DNA from: Dokdonella sp.
Lineage (GTDB): Bacteria > Pseudomonadota > Gammaproteobacteria > Xanthomonadales > Rhodanobacteraceae
NCBI GenBank assembly: GCA_039926025.1
Contig: JBDSXV010000089.1
Coordinates: 21,578 to 85,577, forward strand
Length of the DNA: 64,000 nucleotides
Reading direction: 5' to 3'
This document shows, in pieces, positions 25,836 to 37,854 of this stretch. Made by a program: the position numbers and the translations under genes. Position 1 is the stretch's first letter. Each line of letters opens with the position of its first letter. The notes under the pieces are model-generated. The model was given only the letters and a program-made list of their open reading frames with translations, was not told the DNA's origin and did not search any database.

Positions 25836-27560
25836 ATGCGTTTTGCAGGTCTCCTGTTGTGCCTCGTCGTGATCGTAGTCGCCGGCTATGTTGTGCGACA
25901 GAAGGTCAGCGACGACACCGTCGATGCGCTCGGATGGGTCAATCACACCCTCGAAGTTCGTGCATCTCTGCATGAACTGCGCGCCAATGTGAGCCAGATG
26001 CACGCCGCCGCCTACGGCGCGCGCCTCAATCCCTCCGACTCGGCCATTCGTCAGAAGTATGAAGAAAGTCGCGCCGCGTATCCTCCGCTGATGGATGCGT
26101 TGCGCGATTTGACTCGCGACAGTTCCGATCAGCAGGAACGCATCGCCATCTTGCGTGACCGCATCGGCGAACGAGTTGTTCTGCTGGATCGAAGCATGCG
26201 TGGCGATGCCAGCCTCGATGTCGGTGAACTCACGTCTTCGCTTGCGCGGTTTCCGGTCAAGGAAATCACCGATGCCATTGATGCGCGAGAGCAGCATCTG
26301 CTCGATGTGCGTCAGGAAATCGCTGCCAATCGGGTTCGGGTCGCGGCCTGGGCTACGCTTGCAACCGCGCTCGCCCAAATCGTGTTGCTTGGCGCAGTGA
26401 TCTGGGCATCGGAACGCCAGCTCAAGCGTCGTGTTGAGGCTGAATCGGAGACCCGCCGTGCGGTAGGCCGTGCACGCCTGATCGTTGAGACTGTTCGCGA
26501 ACCGATCGCCGTGATTACCAGCGATCTCGAAGTATTGCAGGCGAACCAGGCCTTCGCGGATTTCTACGGGGTCACCCGGCCGATCACAGGCGGCCTGAAT
26601 GTGATGCCTGCCTGGGGTGATCCGGTATTGCGCCAGCGCCTGAAAGATGTCGTGACGATGCGGCGTGAAATGTGGGACTACGAGGTCGAACAGGAAGCCG
26701 GTGGCGAAACCCGCCGACACGTCGTGGTCAACGCACGTCCCATGACGTTGCCGGACAGCAGTGATGCGACCGCTCTGCTCACCGTCAGTGACATGACGGT
26801 GCGCAAGCGAGCTGAAGAACAGGTGCTCGAACTCAATCGCCAGCTGTCCGGCAAGATCGCCCTCGTCACCGTTGTCAATCGCGAGCTGGAGGCATTTTCC
26901 TATTCCGTCTCGCATGATTTGCGCGCGCCGTTGCGCCACATTGCCGGCTTCTCCGACAAGCTTCGTTCGGACCTGGCGCAACAGGGCAACGACAAGATGC
27001 AGCACTACTGCGAGGTCATCTCCGACTCGGCACGTCGCATGTCGACCCTGATCGAGGATCTGCTCAGCTATTCGAGACTGGGGAGACATGCGCTGCGGTT
27101 GCAGGCAGTCGACATGCAGTCGCTCATCGACGAGACGCGCTCGACCCTTACAAGCGCGGTCGAGGATCGCCGAATTACCTGGCGCGTCGCGCCGCTGCCG
27201 GTGGTGATTGCCGATGCGTCCCTGCTGCGACTTGTCTGGCAGAATCTGCTCGACAATGCCATCAAGTACAGTGCCGGAAAAGACGAGGCCGTGATCGAGG
27301 TGGGCGTTGATGAAAACCCCGCCGAACGGATATTCTGGGTGCGCGACAACGGCGCCGGCTTCGACATGAAATATGTCGACAAACTGTTCGGTGTATTCCA
27401 GCGTCTGCACAAGGCCTCGGCGTTTGCCGGCACCGGCATAGGTCTGGCTTCGGTTCGCCGCATCGTCGCGCGTCATGGCGGGCGTACTTGGGCCGAGGGA
27501 GCTACAGGCAACGGCGCTACGATCTATTTCTCACTACCACGCCACGATCCGATTTCTTGA
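25836..27560 (+). CDS. CHASE3-domain sensor histidine kinase (TM-CHASE3-TM-PAS-HisKA-HATPase)
   Basis: The likely start is MRFAGLLLCLVVIVVAGYV. CHASE3-like WVNHTLEVRASLHEL, H-box SYSVSHDLRAPLRHI, N-box NLLDNAIKYS, G-boxes DNGAGF and GTGIGL. Confidence 0.85.
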   Translation: MRFAGLLLCLVVIVVAGYVVRQKVSDDTVDALGWVNHTLEVRASLHELRANVSQMHAAAYGARLNPSDSAIRQKYEESRAAYPPLMDALRDLTRDSSDQQERIAILRDRIGERVVLLDRSMRGDASLDVGELTSSLARFPVKEITDAIDAREQHLLDVRQEIAANRVRVAAWATLATALAQIVLLGAVIWASERQLKRRVEAESETRRAVGRARLIVETVREPIAVITSDLEVLQANQAFADFYGVTRPITGGLNVMPAWGDPVLRQRLKDVVTMRREMWDYEVEQEAGGETRRHVVVNARPMTLPDSSDATALLTVSDMTVRKRAEEQVLELNRQLSGKIALVTVVNRELEAFSYSVSHDLRAPLRHIAGFSDKLRSDLAQQGNDKMQHYCEVISDSARRMSTLIEDLLSYSRLGRHALRLQAVDMQSLIDETRSTLTSAVEDRRITWRVAPLPVVIADASLLRLVWQNLLDNAIKYSAGKDEAVIEVGVDENPAERIFWVRDNGAGFDMKYVDKLFGVFQRLHKASAFAGTGIGLASVRRIVARHGGRTWAEGATGNGATIYFSLPRHDPIS

Positions 27561-27574
27561 AGGGGAAGCCATCC

Positions 27575-28018
27575 GTGATTCGCGAAATCCGTACCATCTT
27601 GTTGGTCGAGGACAGTCTGCCTGATGCCGAGATGACCATCGACGCCTTGCGCGAAGGCCATATCGCCAATTCGATCGTGCATGTCGAGGACGGTGTCGAG
27701 GCACTCGATTACCTGCACAGGAAAGGTGCCTACAGCGAACGTCAGGAAGGCAATCCGGCGGTGGTTTTGCTCGACATCAAGATGCCACGTATGGATGGCA
27801 TCGAGGTATTGCGCGAAATTCGCGGGAATGAAGCGACGCGACGTATTCCGGTAGTGATCCTGTCTTCTTCGCGCGAGGAACGCGACCTCGCCGCGACTTG
27901 GGATCTGGGCGTCAATGCATACGTCGTCAAGCCCGTCGATGCACGCCAGTTTTTCGATGCCGTGCAGACGTTGGGGCAATTCTGGGCTGTGATGAACGAA
28001 GCACGTCCCGGCAACTGA
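27575..28018 (+). CDS. single-domain response regulator (receiver only)
   Basis: GTG start after GAAGGGGA. ILLVEDSLPDAE...VVLLDIKMPRMDGIEVLREIR...PVVILSSS...VVKP. Confidence 0.85.
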   Translation: MIREIRTILLVEDSLPDAEMTIDALREGHIANSIVHVEDGVEALDYLHRKGAYSERQEGNPAVVLLDIKMPRMDGIEVLREIRGNEATRRIPVVILSSSREERDLAATWDLGVNAYVVKPVDARQFFDAVQTLGQFWAVMNEARPGN

Positions 28019-29557
28019 ATGAGCAACGCAACGCCCGCGCTGCGCATTCTTCTGGTCGAAGACAGTGAACTCGACGCGGAGCTGCTGTTGCATGAATTGA
28101 CCGCCAGTGGCCTGACCTTCGAATCCGAGCGCGTTGAAACCGAAACCGCATTCGTGCAGGCGCTGCAGGCGTTCGCTCCCGACTTGATCATGTCCGACCT
28201 GAGCATGCCGGAATTTACGGGCTATCGTGCCCTGGAATTGGCACGCGACAAAGGGTCAGACATACCGTTCCTGTTCGTGTCGGGCACGATGGGCGAAGAA
28301 GCTGCTGTAGAGGCGCTACGCGGTGGCGCGACCGACTATGTGCTGAAGCACAACCTGGCCCGGCTCGCCTCTGCTGTGAAGCGCGCCCTGACCGAAGCGG
28401 ATGACCGCCGCGCACGCACGGCTGCCGAAGCGGAGCTGCTGCGCGCGCAACGGTACGAAAGCCTGGCCCTGCTTGCCTCCGGCCTGAGTCACGATTTGCG
28501 GAACGTACTGCAGCCGATCTCGATGAGCGTCTATCTGTTGCAGGACGATCCGCGAGAAGAGATCCGCAAAGTCAGCGAGCTGATCACCGACTGCACGCAG
28601 CGTGGGCTGGAAATTGTTGCATCGATGCTTTCGTTCGCGAAGGGCTCACGCGCCTCAGTCCACCGCGTCAGCATAAAACAGCTGCTGGATGGGCTTTCGA
28701 TGTTGTTGCGCGGAAGTCTCGGCGGCAATATCGAACTGCATATCGCGTCGCCGGATGCCTCGATCGAGGTTGAAGGCAACCACACCGAACTGCAGCAGTG
28801 TCTGCTCAACCTTTGCCTCAATGGCATTCAGGCGATGCCCGACGGCGGCACGCTCAGGCTGGACACGACGCAGGTCACGCTTGACAAGGAATTCTTCGAG
28901 CAAGGGGAACCCCGCGCACCGGGTCCCTATCTGCACATGTCCATCAGTGATACAGGCATTGGCATGTCAGCAGACGTGCGGCAGCGCCTGTTCAAGCCAT
29001 TCTTCACGACCAAGGAAAAGGGAACCGGACTCGGCTTGCTGTCCTGCCGGCGCATCCTCGCCAACCATCAGGGGCTCTTGAGGTTGGCCAGTGAGCCCGG
29101 ACATGGAACGACGTTTTCGATCTACCTGCCCATGCCGATCGCAGGTGCTCACATCGCGCACGGAGAGAGCGCGCGTGGACATGGCGAACGGGTTCTCGTT
29201 GTTATCGAACGCGAAAGCAAGATGGTGTTGTTGCGTGACATCCTCGAAACGCACGGGTATGCCGTATCGCCGGCCGAAAACGGCACCGTCGCTGTGCAAT
29301 CCATTGAATCGGAAGGACTGCCGGCCGTCGTCGTCATGGAGGCGCAGATGAACCTGATGACCGGTGTCCGCACCGCGTCAAAACTGCTGGAATTGAACTT
29401 CCAGGGGCCGCTGATCCTCATTGCAGGACCAAACCGACAAGCGATCGAGCACGACTTGCCTCCCCAGCTCCACATCCGCTTCATCGACAAACCGGTCGAT
29501 CCTGATCAGCTGCTGACGGTTCTTGCCGAGGAAGTGAGTTCAAGCGGCAACAAATAG
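28019..29557 (+). CDS. hybrid response regulator / histidine kinase (REC-HisKA-HATPase-REC-like)
   Basis: 512 aa. N-terminal REC (ILLVEDSELDAE...LIMSDLSMPEFTG), H-box LASGLSHDLRNVLQPI, G-boxes DTGIGM and GTGLGL, and a C-terminal receiver-like fold. It starts immediately after the upstream stop. Confidence 0.85.
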   Translation: MSNATPALRILLVEDSELDAELLLHELTASGLTFESERVETETAFVQALQAFAPDLIMSDLSMPEFTGYRALELARDKGSDIPFLFVSGTMGEEAAVEALRGGATDYVLKHNLARLASAVKRALTEADDRRARTAAEAELLRAQRYESLALLASGLSHDLRNVLQPISMSVYLLQDDPREEIRKVSELITDCTQRGLEIVASMLSFAKGSRASVHRVSIKQLLDGLSMLLRGSLGGNIELHIASPDASIEVEGNHTELQQCLLNLCLNGIQAMPDGGTLRLDTTQVTLDKEFFEQGEPRAPGPYLHMSISDTGIGMSADVRQRLFKPFFTTKEKGTGLGLLSCRRILANHQGLLRLASEPGHGTTFSIYLPMPIAGAHIAHGESARGHGERVLVVIERESKMVLLRDILETHGYAVSPAENGTVAVQSIESEGLPAVVVMEAQMNLMTGVRTASKLLELNFQGPLILIAGPNRQAIEHDLPPQLHIRFIDKPVDPDQLLTVLAEEVSSSGNK

Positions 29558-29605
29558 CCGCGAAGAACATCGGGGTGAACGCAGCCTGTCCGATTTGCCG
29601 TCGAT

Positions 29606-29899
29606 TCAGCCGTGCTGCAGCTCAAGAACCATAACCTCGCACGCATCCTGTGAGGTGCGCGCCATGGTCAATCTGCTTGTGCCGATTTTCAAGATATTCC
29701 CGTCACGCGGCTTGCGCTTTGTCCCGATTCGTCCCATCGGTTCGCCAGCTATGTCGATGAGACACGGCCGAGTCGCATTGGGGTCGTCGCAAACGGAAAG
29801 AAAATTGCGCGTGAGCGCTTTTCGCAATACCAACCAGATTTCCTCATGAAGGTGCCGCTTGTGACGATTCAGCTCGTCGTGAAGGCCGACCGTATTCGA
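29606..29899 (-). CDS. hypothetical protein (ORF-level call; non-ATG start implied)
   Basis: The reverse frame is more protein-like than the opposite-strand ORF. A TTG start would overlap the tadA stop (TAAATTG). ...HDELNRHKRHLHEEIWLVLRKALTRNFLSVCDDPNATRPCLIDIAGEPMGRIGTKRKPRDGNILKIGTSRLTMARTSQDACEVMVLELQHG. No family assigned. Confidence 0.3.
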   Translation of the reverse strand, partial: SNTVGLHDELNRHKRHLHEEIWLVLRKALTRNFLSVCDDPNATRPCLIDIAGEPMGRIGTKRKPRDGNILKIGTSRLTMARTSQDACEVMVLELQHG

Positions 29900-29903
29900 C
29901 AAT

Positions 29904-31992
<2,089 letters not shown>

Positions 31993-32016
31993 GGACTCCT
32001 GCCAGTGAATTCATTG

Positions 32017-32403
32017 TCAGCGCGAACCACGCTGAAGCACCCAGCCAATGCTCAACACGTAACGCGATCCGCGTTCCACGCGCGTGACGCCGTGCTCGCA
32101 TGCATCGGGACGAAAAATCTTGATGCGGCTTGTTGCAAAAATCGGTGTGGCACAGATGAAATCGCCGCCCACCCTGGCACGCGTCAGGACCATATTGCAT
32201 CGAAAATGTCGCCCGCGAGAAACCGGATCAGTATGCGGAAAAATCTGGGCACCTTTGCGGAATCGCAGGATGTAGATGTCAAATGGCAGCGGCCACACGG
32301 CCTGCAAAAGGAGCACCTTGTCGTAGCCCGACTGCTGCCTGCCACGCCGCCATCGGAACGCAGTGCGAAAATATTCGCGAACGGGTGATGACGTTGCTTC
32401 CAC
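32017..32403 (-). CDS. small hypothetical protein, possibly a double-stranded beta-helix (2OG-Fe(II) oxygenase/cupin-like) fold
   Basis: 128 aa, lying between guaB and guaA on the same strand. Candidate HxD...H triad (FPHTDP ... EHGVT) followed by RYVLS. The assignment is tentative. Confidence 0.5.
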   Translation of the reverse strand: MEATSSPVREYFRTAFRWRRGRQQSGYDKVLLLQAVWPLPFDIYILRFRKGAQIFPHTDPVSRGRHFRCNMVLTRARVGGDFICATPIFATSRIKIFRPDACEHGVTRVERGSRYVLSIGWVLQRGSR

Positions 32404-32418
32404 GCTCAGTAGCCGCCC

Positions 32419-33879
32419 TCAATCCAGCCGGTAATTCGGCGCTTCCTTCGTGATCGTGACATCGTGCACATGCGACTCGCGCACACCGGCCGAGGTGATG
32501 CGCACGAATTGCGGCTTGCTGCGCATGTCGTCGATGGTGGCGCAGCCGACGTAACCCATGGATGCGCGCAGGCCGCCAGCAAGCTGATGCACGATGCTGC
32601 GCAGTGGGCCGCGATACGGAACGCGACCTTCAATGCCTTCCGGCACGAGCTTGTCGGTATCGCCTTCGTTGTCCTGGAAATAGCGGTCTTTGGAGCCCTT
32701 TTCCATCGCGCCGAGCGAGCCCATGCCGCGATAGCTCTTGTACGAACGGCCCTGGTAAAGCTCAACTTCGCCGGGTGCTTCCTCGGTGCCCGCGAACATG
32801 CCACCAATCATCACGCAATCGGCGCCGGCTGCGATTGCCTTGGCGATATCGCCCGAATAACGGATGCCGCCGTCGGCAATCAGCCCGACCTCGGAATTCT
32901 TGAGTGCGTCGGCCACCATGCTGACTGCCGAAATCTGCGGTACACCGACCCCTGCGACGATGCGGGTAGTACAGATCGAGCCAGGGCCCACACCGACCTT
33001 GACCGCATCGACGCCCGCATCGACCAGCGCACGCGCCGCGTCACCCGTGACGATATTTCCAGCGATCAGCGCGATCTTCGGGAACTGCCTGCGCACCCAG
33101 CGCACGCGATCGATGACGCCTTGTGAGTGACCGTGTGCCGTATCGACGATGAGCGCATCGACGCCGGCCTCGACGAGTGCCGCCACGCGTTGTTCGGTAT
33201 CGCCGGCAACTCCGACCGCCGCTCCGACGCGCAGCTGTTCGTGGTCGTCCTTGCATGCATTCGGGTTGTCGCGCGCCTTCTGAATGTCCTTGACGGTGAT
33301 CAGTCCGCGCAAGCGGAACGCGTCATCGACGACCAGGATTTTTTCGATGCGATGCTTGTGCAGCAGCGCGAGCACGTCGTCTTCCGCTGCGCCTTCGCGC
33401 ACCGTGACCAGACGTTCCTTGCGCGTCATGATGTTCTTGACCGGATCTTCAGGCTTCTTCTCGAAGCGCAGATCCCGGTTGGTGACGATGCCGACAAGCA
33501 GCTCGCCATCGACGACCGGTACGCCGGAAATATTGTGGTGGCGCGTAAGCTCGATGACGTCACGGATTGATGTCTGCGGGGTGACGGTGATCGGATCGCG
33601 GATCACGCCCGCCTCGAATTTCTTCACCAGACGCACTTCGGCGGACTGGCGTTCGATCGTCATGTTCTTGTGGATGATGCCCATGCCGCCGCATTGGGCC
33701 ATCGTGATCGCGAGGCGCGCCTCGGTGACCGTGTCCATCGCCGCAGAAATGATGGGCAGGTTCAGGCGGATGTTGCGGGCAAGGCGGGTGCCGAGGTTGA
33801 CATCGCGGGGTAGCACGACCGAATGGGCCGGAACCAGCAGGACGTCGTCGAAGGTAAGAGCGTCGGAGAGTATGCGCAT
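32419..33879 (-). CDS. guaB: IMP dehydrogenase
   Basis: 486 aa. [23 protein letters not shown] pair, catalytic loop [12 protein letters not shown], and GGIRYSGD. Confidence 0.97.
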   Translation of the reverse strand: MRILSDALTFDDVLLVPAHSVVLPRDVNLGTRLARNIRLNLPIISAAMDTVTEARLAITMAQCGGMGIIHKNMTIERQSAEVRLVKKFEAGVIRDPITVTPQTSIRDVIELTRHHNISGVPVVDGELLVGIVTNRDLRFEKKPEDPVKNIMTRKERLVTVREGAAEDDVLALLHKHRIEKILVVDDAFRLRGLITVKDIQKARDNPNACKDDHEQLRVGAAVGVAGDTEQRVAALVEAGVDALIVDTAHGHSQGVIDRVRWVRRQFPKIALIAGNIVTGDAARALVDAGVDAVKVGVGPGSICTTRIVAGVGVPQISAVSMVADALKNSEVGLIADGGIRYSGDIAKAIAAGADCVMIGGMFAGTEEAPGEVELYQGRSYKSYRGMGSLGAMEKGSKDRYFQDNEGDTDKLVPEGIEGRVPYRGPLRSIVHQLAGGLRASMGYVGCATIDDMRSKPQFVRITSAGVRESHVHDVTITKEAPNYRLD

Positions 33880-33969
33880 GCCCTATTTTACAGACTCGAG
33901 CGCCTACTCGCCAGCGGTGTGATTCGGAATGGCCAGACGGCTTCAGTCCCGATGCACGGGCGAGATGTA

Positions 33970-34140
33970 GACACCATCCCCACCTAAATTCCCCGGCCGT
34001 CAGGCGCAGCCTTCGGGCGTTCATCGGCGCGCAGACCAGTGGTCTGCAAACACGCCTCTTCATCCCCTTGAAGGGAAGGACTTCAAAGCAGCGAGCTCAA
34101 GCCCTCCCCTTCAAGGGGAGGGTTGGGTGGGGATGGTGTC
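33970..34140. repeat. Nested palindromic (REP-like) element: 15-nt inverted arms flanking internal palindromes
   Basis: gacaccatccccacc (33970-33984) is the exact reverse complement of 34126-34140. Inside lie the hairpin gcagacc-agt-ggtctgc (34031-34047), tccccttgaaggga (34063-34076) and the perfect 21-nt palindrome ccctccccttcaaggggaggg (34102-34122). Confidence 0.65.
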
Positions 34141-34887
34141 ATTGGCGAGAACCGTCCCCGACGAATCCTGTCCCGCAAAGGAGACTTCGCTCCAACGAAA
34201 CGCTTCGAGCAAGCGCAACCACGCGCGATCCAGCGGAGCCTGGAAATCCATCGTCGCCAGCGTCGCCGGATGCACTACGCGCAGACGCAAAGCATGCAGC
34301 AGCAGGCGATGCACGCCGTAATACTGGCGCATCAGGCGGTTGTGATCGCCGCGGCCGTGACTGGTGTCGCCCAGCAGGTGATGGGAAACATGGTGGAAGT
34401 GTCGGCGGATCTGGCGATAGCGGCCGGTTTCGGGACTGACTTCGAGCAAGGCGTAGCGCTGTTGCTCGTAGCGGCCTTGCGCAATCGGTACTTCGATCGT
34501 GGCAAGTCGGCGCCAGCGCGTGAGAGCCGGCTTCGCTTCGCCACGCAGGCTGGAACCCGACAGCGGGTAGTCGATCTCGCCCTCCTCCGCAGGCCAGCCG
34601 CGGACGACAGCCAGATAGGTCTTCTCTACCGTGCGCGCCATCATCTGGCGTCCGAGCTCGGCCGCCATTTCCCTGGATCGCGCGACCAGCAGCACGCCGC
34701 TGGTTGCGCGATCGAGGCGATGCGCGGCATGCAATCGACCATCGACCTGCAGGCGCAAGCGATCCATCAGGTAGTCCTCGTCGGCACCGACGAGATGACT
34801 TCGATGCACAGCAATACCAGCGGGCTTGTTCACCGCCAACAGGTCATCGTCGAGGTGGAGCAGTTCCAGCGGTGCGCTCGATTCCAT
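34111..34887 (-). CDS. truC: tRNA pseudouridine synthase C (RluA family)
   Basis: 258 aa. LLAVNKPAGIAVHRS, catalytic HRLDRATSGVLLVA, and YRQIRRHF...GDTSHG blocks collinear with E. coli TruC. Confidence 0.85.
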   Translation of the reverse strand: MESSAPLELLHLDDDLLAVNKPAGIAVHRSHLVGADEDYLMDRLRLQVDGRLHAAHRLDRATSGVLLVARSREMAAELGRQMMARTVEKTYLAVVRGWPAEEGEIDYPLSGSSLRGEAKPALTRWRRLATIEVPIAQGRYEQQRYALLEVSPETGRYRQIRRHFHHVSHHLLGDTSHGRGDHNRLMRQYYGVHRLLLHALRLRVVHPATLATMDFQAPLDRAWLRLLEAFRWSEVSFAGQDSSGTVLANDTIPTQPSP

Positions 34888-35085
34888 CCGCGTATTCTAC
34901 CGGGGCCTGCTGCGTGCGTGACGCCGCGTGATCCGCGGACGTACACCGTTGCGTATGTTCGAAGGCGCCGCATTGAACGGATACCGTGGGCATGCCCATC
35001 ACGAAGCAGTGACAATACGGCAACCTCTGCGACGCAACAGCTTGCTTCGGTCACGCATCCACCTTGGGGCGAGTGAGGAAATACG

Positions 35086-37851
35086 ATGGATCCGCAACGC
35101 TGGCGCCGCGCGCGCACACTCTTTGACGCCCTCGTCGACGAGCAGCCATCCCACTGGGAAACGCTGCTCCTGCGGCAGTGTGACGACGATGCCGAGGTGC
35201 GCGCTGAGGCTTTGGCGATGCTGCGTGCCGACAGCATCAGCGATGCGCACCGATTGGCCGATCATGCACCGCTGATCATCGCAAACCTTGCGGAGCGGAT
35301 CTCGGCCGAGGAGCAAGCGAACTCAACGCTCGAACATACCGATCAGATTGTGGGACCGTTCCAGTTGCTGCGAGAAGTCGGTCGCGGCGGCATGGGTTCG
35401 GTGTGGTTGGCCAAGCGCATCGACGGTGCATTCGAGCAGAATGTCGCGATCAAACTCATCCGCAGCGGCTGGGATGCGAGCGACGTATTCAAGCGATTCT
35501 GCGCAGAGCGACAGATCCTTGCCAGTCTGCAGCATCCCAACATCGCGCATCTGGTGGACGGCGGCGTCACGGCCGAAGGCAAACCCTGGCTTGCGCTGGA
35601 ATTTGTCGATGGCAAGGACCTGCGCACCTGGTGCGATCAGCAGCGACTGGATATCAACGCACGGCTTCGATTCTTCCTCACGGTATGCGAGGCGGTGGGT
35701 CATGCGCACCAGCGACTGGTCGTGCATCGTGACCTCAAGCCCTCGAACATTCTCGTCGGCAACGATGGTGTGGTAAAGCTGCTCGATTTTGGTATCGCAA
35801 AACTGCTCGATGCGAGCACCGAAGGCACCAGTGCGACGCGCGTGTTCACGCCCGAGTATGCCGCGCCTGAGCAGATACGTGGTGAGGTGGTCACGACCTC
35901 GGTCGACATCCATGCTCTCGGCCTCTTGCTGTACGAACTGCTGAGTGGACGGCGTCCCTACCACGTCGCCAATTCCACTCCGGCGGCATACGAACGCGCA
36001 GTCCTCGACCAGGAGCCGACGCGACCGAGCCTGATCGTGACGCTGACGCAGGATGGTCATTCGGGTGACCTCATCGCCGCAAGTCGCGACATCAGCGCAG
36101 CGCGGTTGCACCGTGAGCTTCGTGGCGATCTCGATGCGATCGTGCTCAAGGCACTGCGCAAGGAGCCCGCACAGCGTTACGCCAGCGTCGCCGATTTCGC
36201 CAGCGACATATACCGCTATCTCGAGCGCCGTCCGGTACACGCGCGCCGCGGCAACTGGCGCTATCACGCCGACCGGTTCCTGCGCCGGCATGCACAGTCT
36301 GCCGCGCTGGGTGCCTTTGCCATGCTCGCCTTGATCGGTGGCCTCGCAGTGGCCACATGGCAAGCGCAAGTTGCGCGCACCGAACGCGACAGCGCGCGCC
36401 AGGCGCTGGAGTTCATGCGCGTGTTGTTCGACAACGCCGACCCTACCAAGCAGAAGGGTGATCAGGTCAGCGTGCGCGATTTACTCGACAGCGGTGTCCG
36501 CAGCGTACGCATTGCCATGCAGGGGCAGGACTCGGCGCGCGCGGATCTCCTGCTGACGATGGCGTCCGCGTATCTCGGGCTTGGCCAGCTCGAACCCGCG
36601 GCGCCATTGATCGAGGAAGCGCGTAAAATCGCCGAACGCAGTGGCGACAAGGTGCAGCACGCGTCCGCACTGATCCAGCAGTGCCGCATGCTTGATCTGG
36701 ACAATCGTTCCGATGCTTGTCCAGTTCTGCTCGAACGTGCGGAAAAACAACTTGATACGCGCATGCCCGAACAGGCCAAGCTCGTCGCCTATTCGCTGGC
36801 GCTGCGCGTCTACGGCCTGCAGGTTCAAAACCGCTACGACGACATCGTCACGGCCATGCGGCGCGGCCTCGGTTTGTTGAACGACACTTCGGACCACCGG
36901 TATCTGCGCGTGGAGCTGAGTTCGCACCTGGCATTCGCGCTCAATCGACTCGGTCGCGCCGCCGAAGCCGAAGCGGTGCTGACGCCGCTGGTTGCCTCGC
37001 TGCGCGGCGACGACACGGCTGAACGCGTGTTGCTGATCGATGCGCTAGGGACGCTGTCGATGGCGCTCAGCAGTCAGGGGCGGCATGACCCGGCAATCCA
37101 GATTCAAAGTGAGGCGCTCGATGTCGCGCAATCGGTCTACGGAAAGGACAATCCGTCGATCTCCGAATTCACCAACTCGCTGGCGCGCGCGTACAGTGCC
37201 GCCGAACGCCTGCCCGAGGCCGTGGTGGCGATGGAACGAACCGTTGCACTGGATCGTCTGCGCATCAAGGATGCGCAGGGGCCGAATCCGGAACTTGCGA
37301 GCAGTTTGTGCAACCTCGCAGCGTTGCGGATCCGGCAAGGGCGCGAGAGCGACGCGCGCCAAAGCCTCGACGAGGCGATAGCAACGGCAGAGCGTGCGGG
37401 CTTCGATATCGAGCTCGGCCGCAGTCTCTACTGGAGCGCACTCGCGCATCTGCTAGCGGGCAACACGGCACAGGCAAGACTCGACATCGCGCGCATGCAG
37501 GAAACATTGGCACCGACGCACGCCAAGGATGACGACCTCATGCTGCGAGGGCGTAGTCTCGCTGTGGCGATCGCCTATGTCGAAAAAGGTTCCAGTGCCG
37601 CCACCGATGAGACGTGCGCGGAGGTCGCGAACATCGATACGCTGATCGTGAAGAATCCGAAGTCGCTTGCCGGCGACATTCGTTTTGCAAAGTTCCTGCG
37701 CTTCACGTGCAGGCAGCACACGACGCACGAGGCCGGCGATGCGCGGCTCAGCGAATTTCCAGTCAGCGAATCTGCGCTTGGCGGCTACCACGCACGAATC
37801 GCGCGGATGATCCAGACTTCACTGACGCGGCAGGGAACGCGCATGCGCTAG
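35086..37851 (+). CDS. serine/threonine protein kinase with transmembrane segment and C-terminal TPR region
   Basis: 921 aa. GRGGMGSVW...AIK, HRDLKPSNILV, DFGIAK, TPEYAAPE. A hydrophobic segment (ALGAFAMLALIGGLAVA) is followed by TPR-like repeats. Confidence 0.9.
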   Translation: MDPQRWRRARTLFDALVDEQPSHWETLLLRQCDDDAEVRAEALAMLRADSISDAHRLADHAPLIIANLAERISAEEQANSTLEHTDQIVGPFQLLREVGRGGMGSVWLAKRIDGAFEQNVAIKLIRSGWDASDVFKRFCAERQILASLQHPNIAHLVDGGVTAEGKPWLALEFVDGKDLRTWCDQQRLDINARLRFFLTVCEAVGHAHQRLVVHRDLKPSNILVGNDGVVKLLDFGIAKLLDASTEGTSATRVFTPEYAAPEQIRGEVVTTSVDIHALGLLLYELLSGRRPYHVANSTPAAYERAVLDQEPTRPSLIVTLTQDGHSGDLIAASRDISAARLHRELRGDLDAIVLKALRKEPAQRYASVADFASDIYRYLERRPVHARRGNWRYHADRFLRRHAQSAALGAFAMLALIGGLAVATWQAQVARTERDSARQALEFMRVLFDNADPTKQKGDQVSVRDLLDSGVRSVRIAMQGQDSARADLLLTMASAYLGLGQLEPAAPLIEEARKIAERSGDKVQHASALIQQCRMLDLDNRSDACPVLLERAEKQLDTRMPEQAKLVAYSLALRVYGLQVQNRYDDIVTAMRRGLGLLNDTSDHRYLRVELSSHLAFALNRLGRAAEAEAVLTPLVASLRGDDTAERVLLIDALGTLSMALSSQGRHDPAIQIQSEALDVAQSVYGKDNPSISEFTNSLARAYSAAERLPEAVVAMERTVALDRLRIKDAQGPNPELASSLCNLAALRIRQGRESDARQSLDEAIATAERAGFDIELGRSLYWSALAHLLAGNTAQARLDIARMQETLAPTHAKDDDLMLRGRSLAVAIAYVEKGSSAATDETCAEVANIDTLIVKNPKSLAGDIRFAKFLRFTCRQHTTHEAGDARLSEFPVSESALGGYHARIARMIQTSLTRQGTRMR

Positions 37852-37854
37852 CAC

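Noticed and set aside
25719-27476. A 585-aa ORF antisense to the CHASE3 kinase gene. Similar long antisense ORFs occur at 623-1528, 8358-9731, 20813-22117, 22398-23696, 31018-32388, 35323-36369, 46505-47665, 51881-53476, 55456-56802, 60877-61812 and 61598-62749.
   Set aside because: Each lies opposite a gene with strong family motifs. Their translations are Arg/Ala/Gly/His-rich and low in complexity, with no recognisable motifs. Long stop-free antisense frames are expected in GC-rich DNA.
29606-29899. The idea that the ORF downstream of tadA is a PilZ (c-di-GMP binding) domain, based on NRHKRH ... DIAGEPMG.
   Set aside because: Neither the RxxxR nor the DxSxxG spacing is actually satisfied. 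The resemblance is superficial, so the ORF is kept only as a low-confidence hypothetical.
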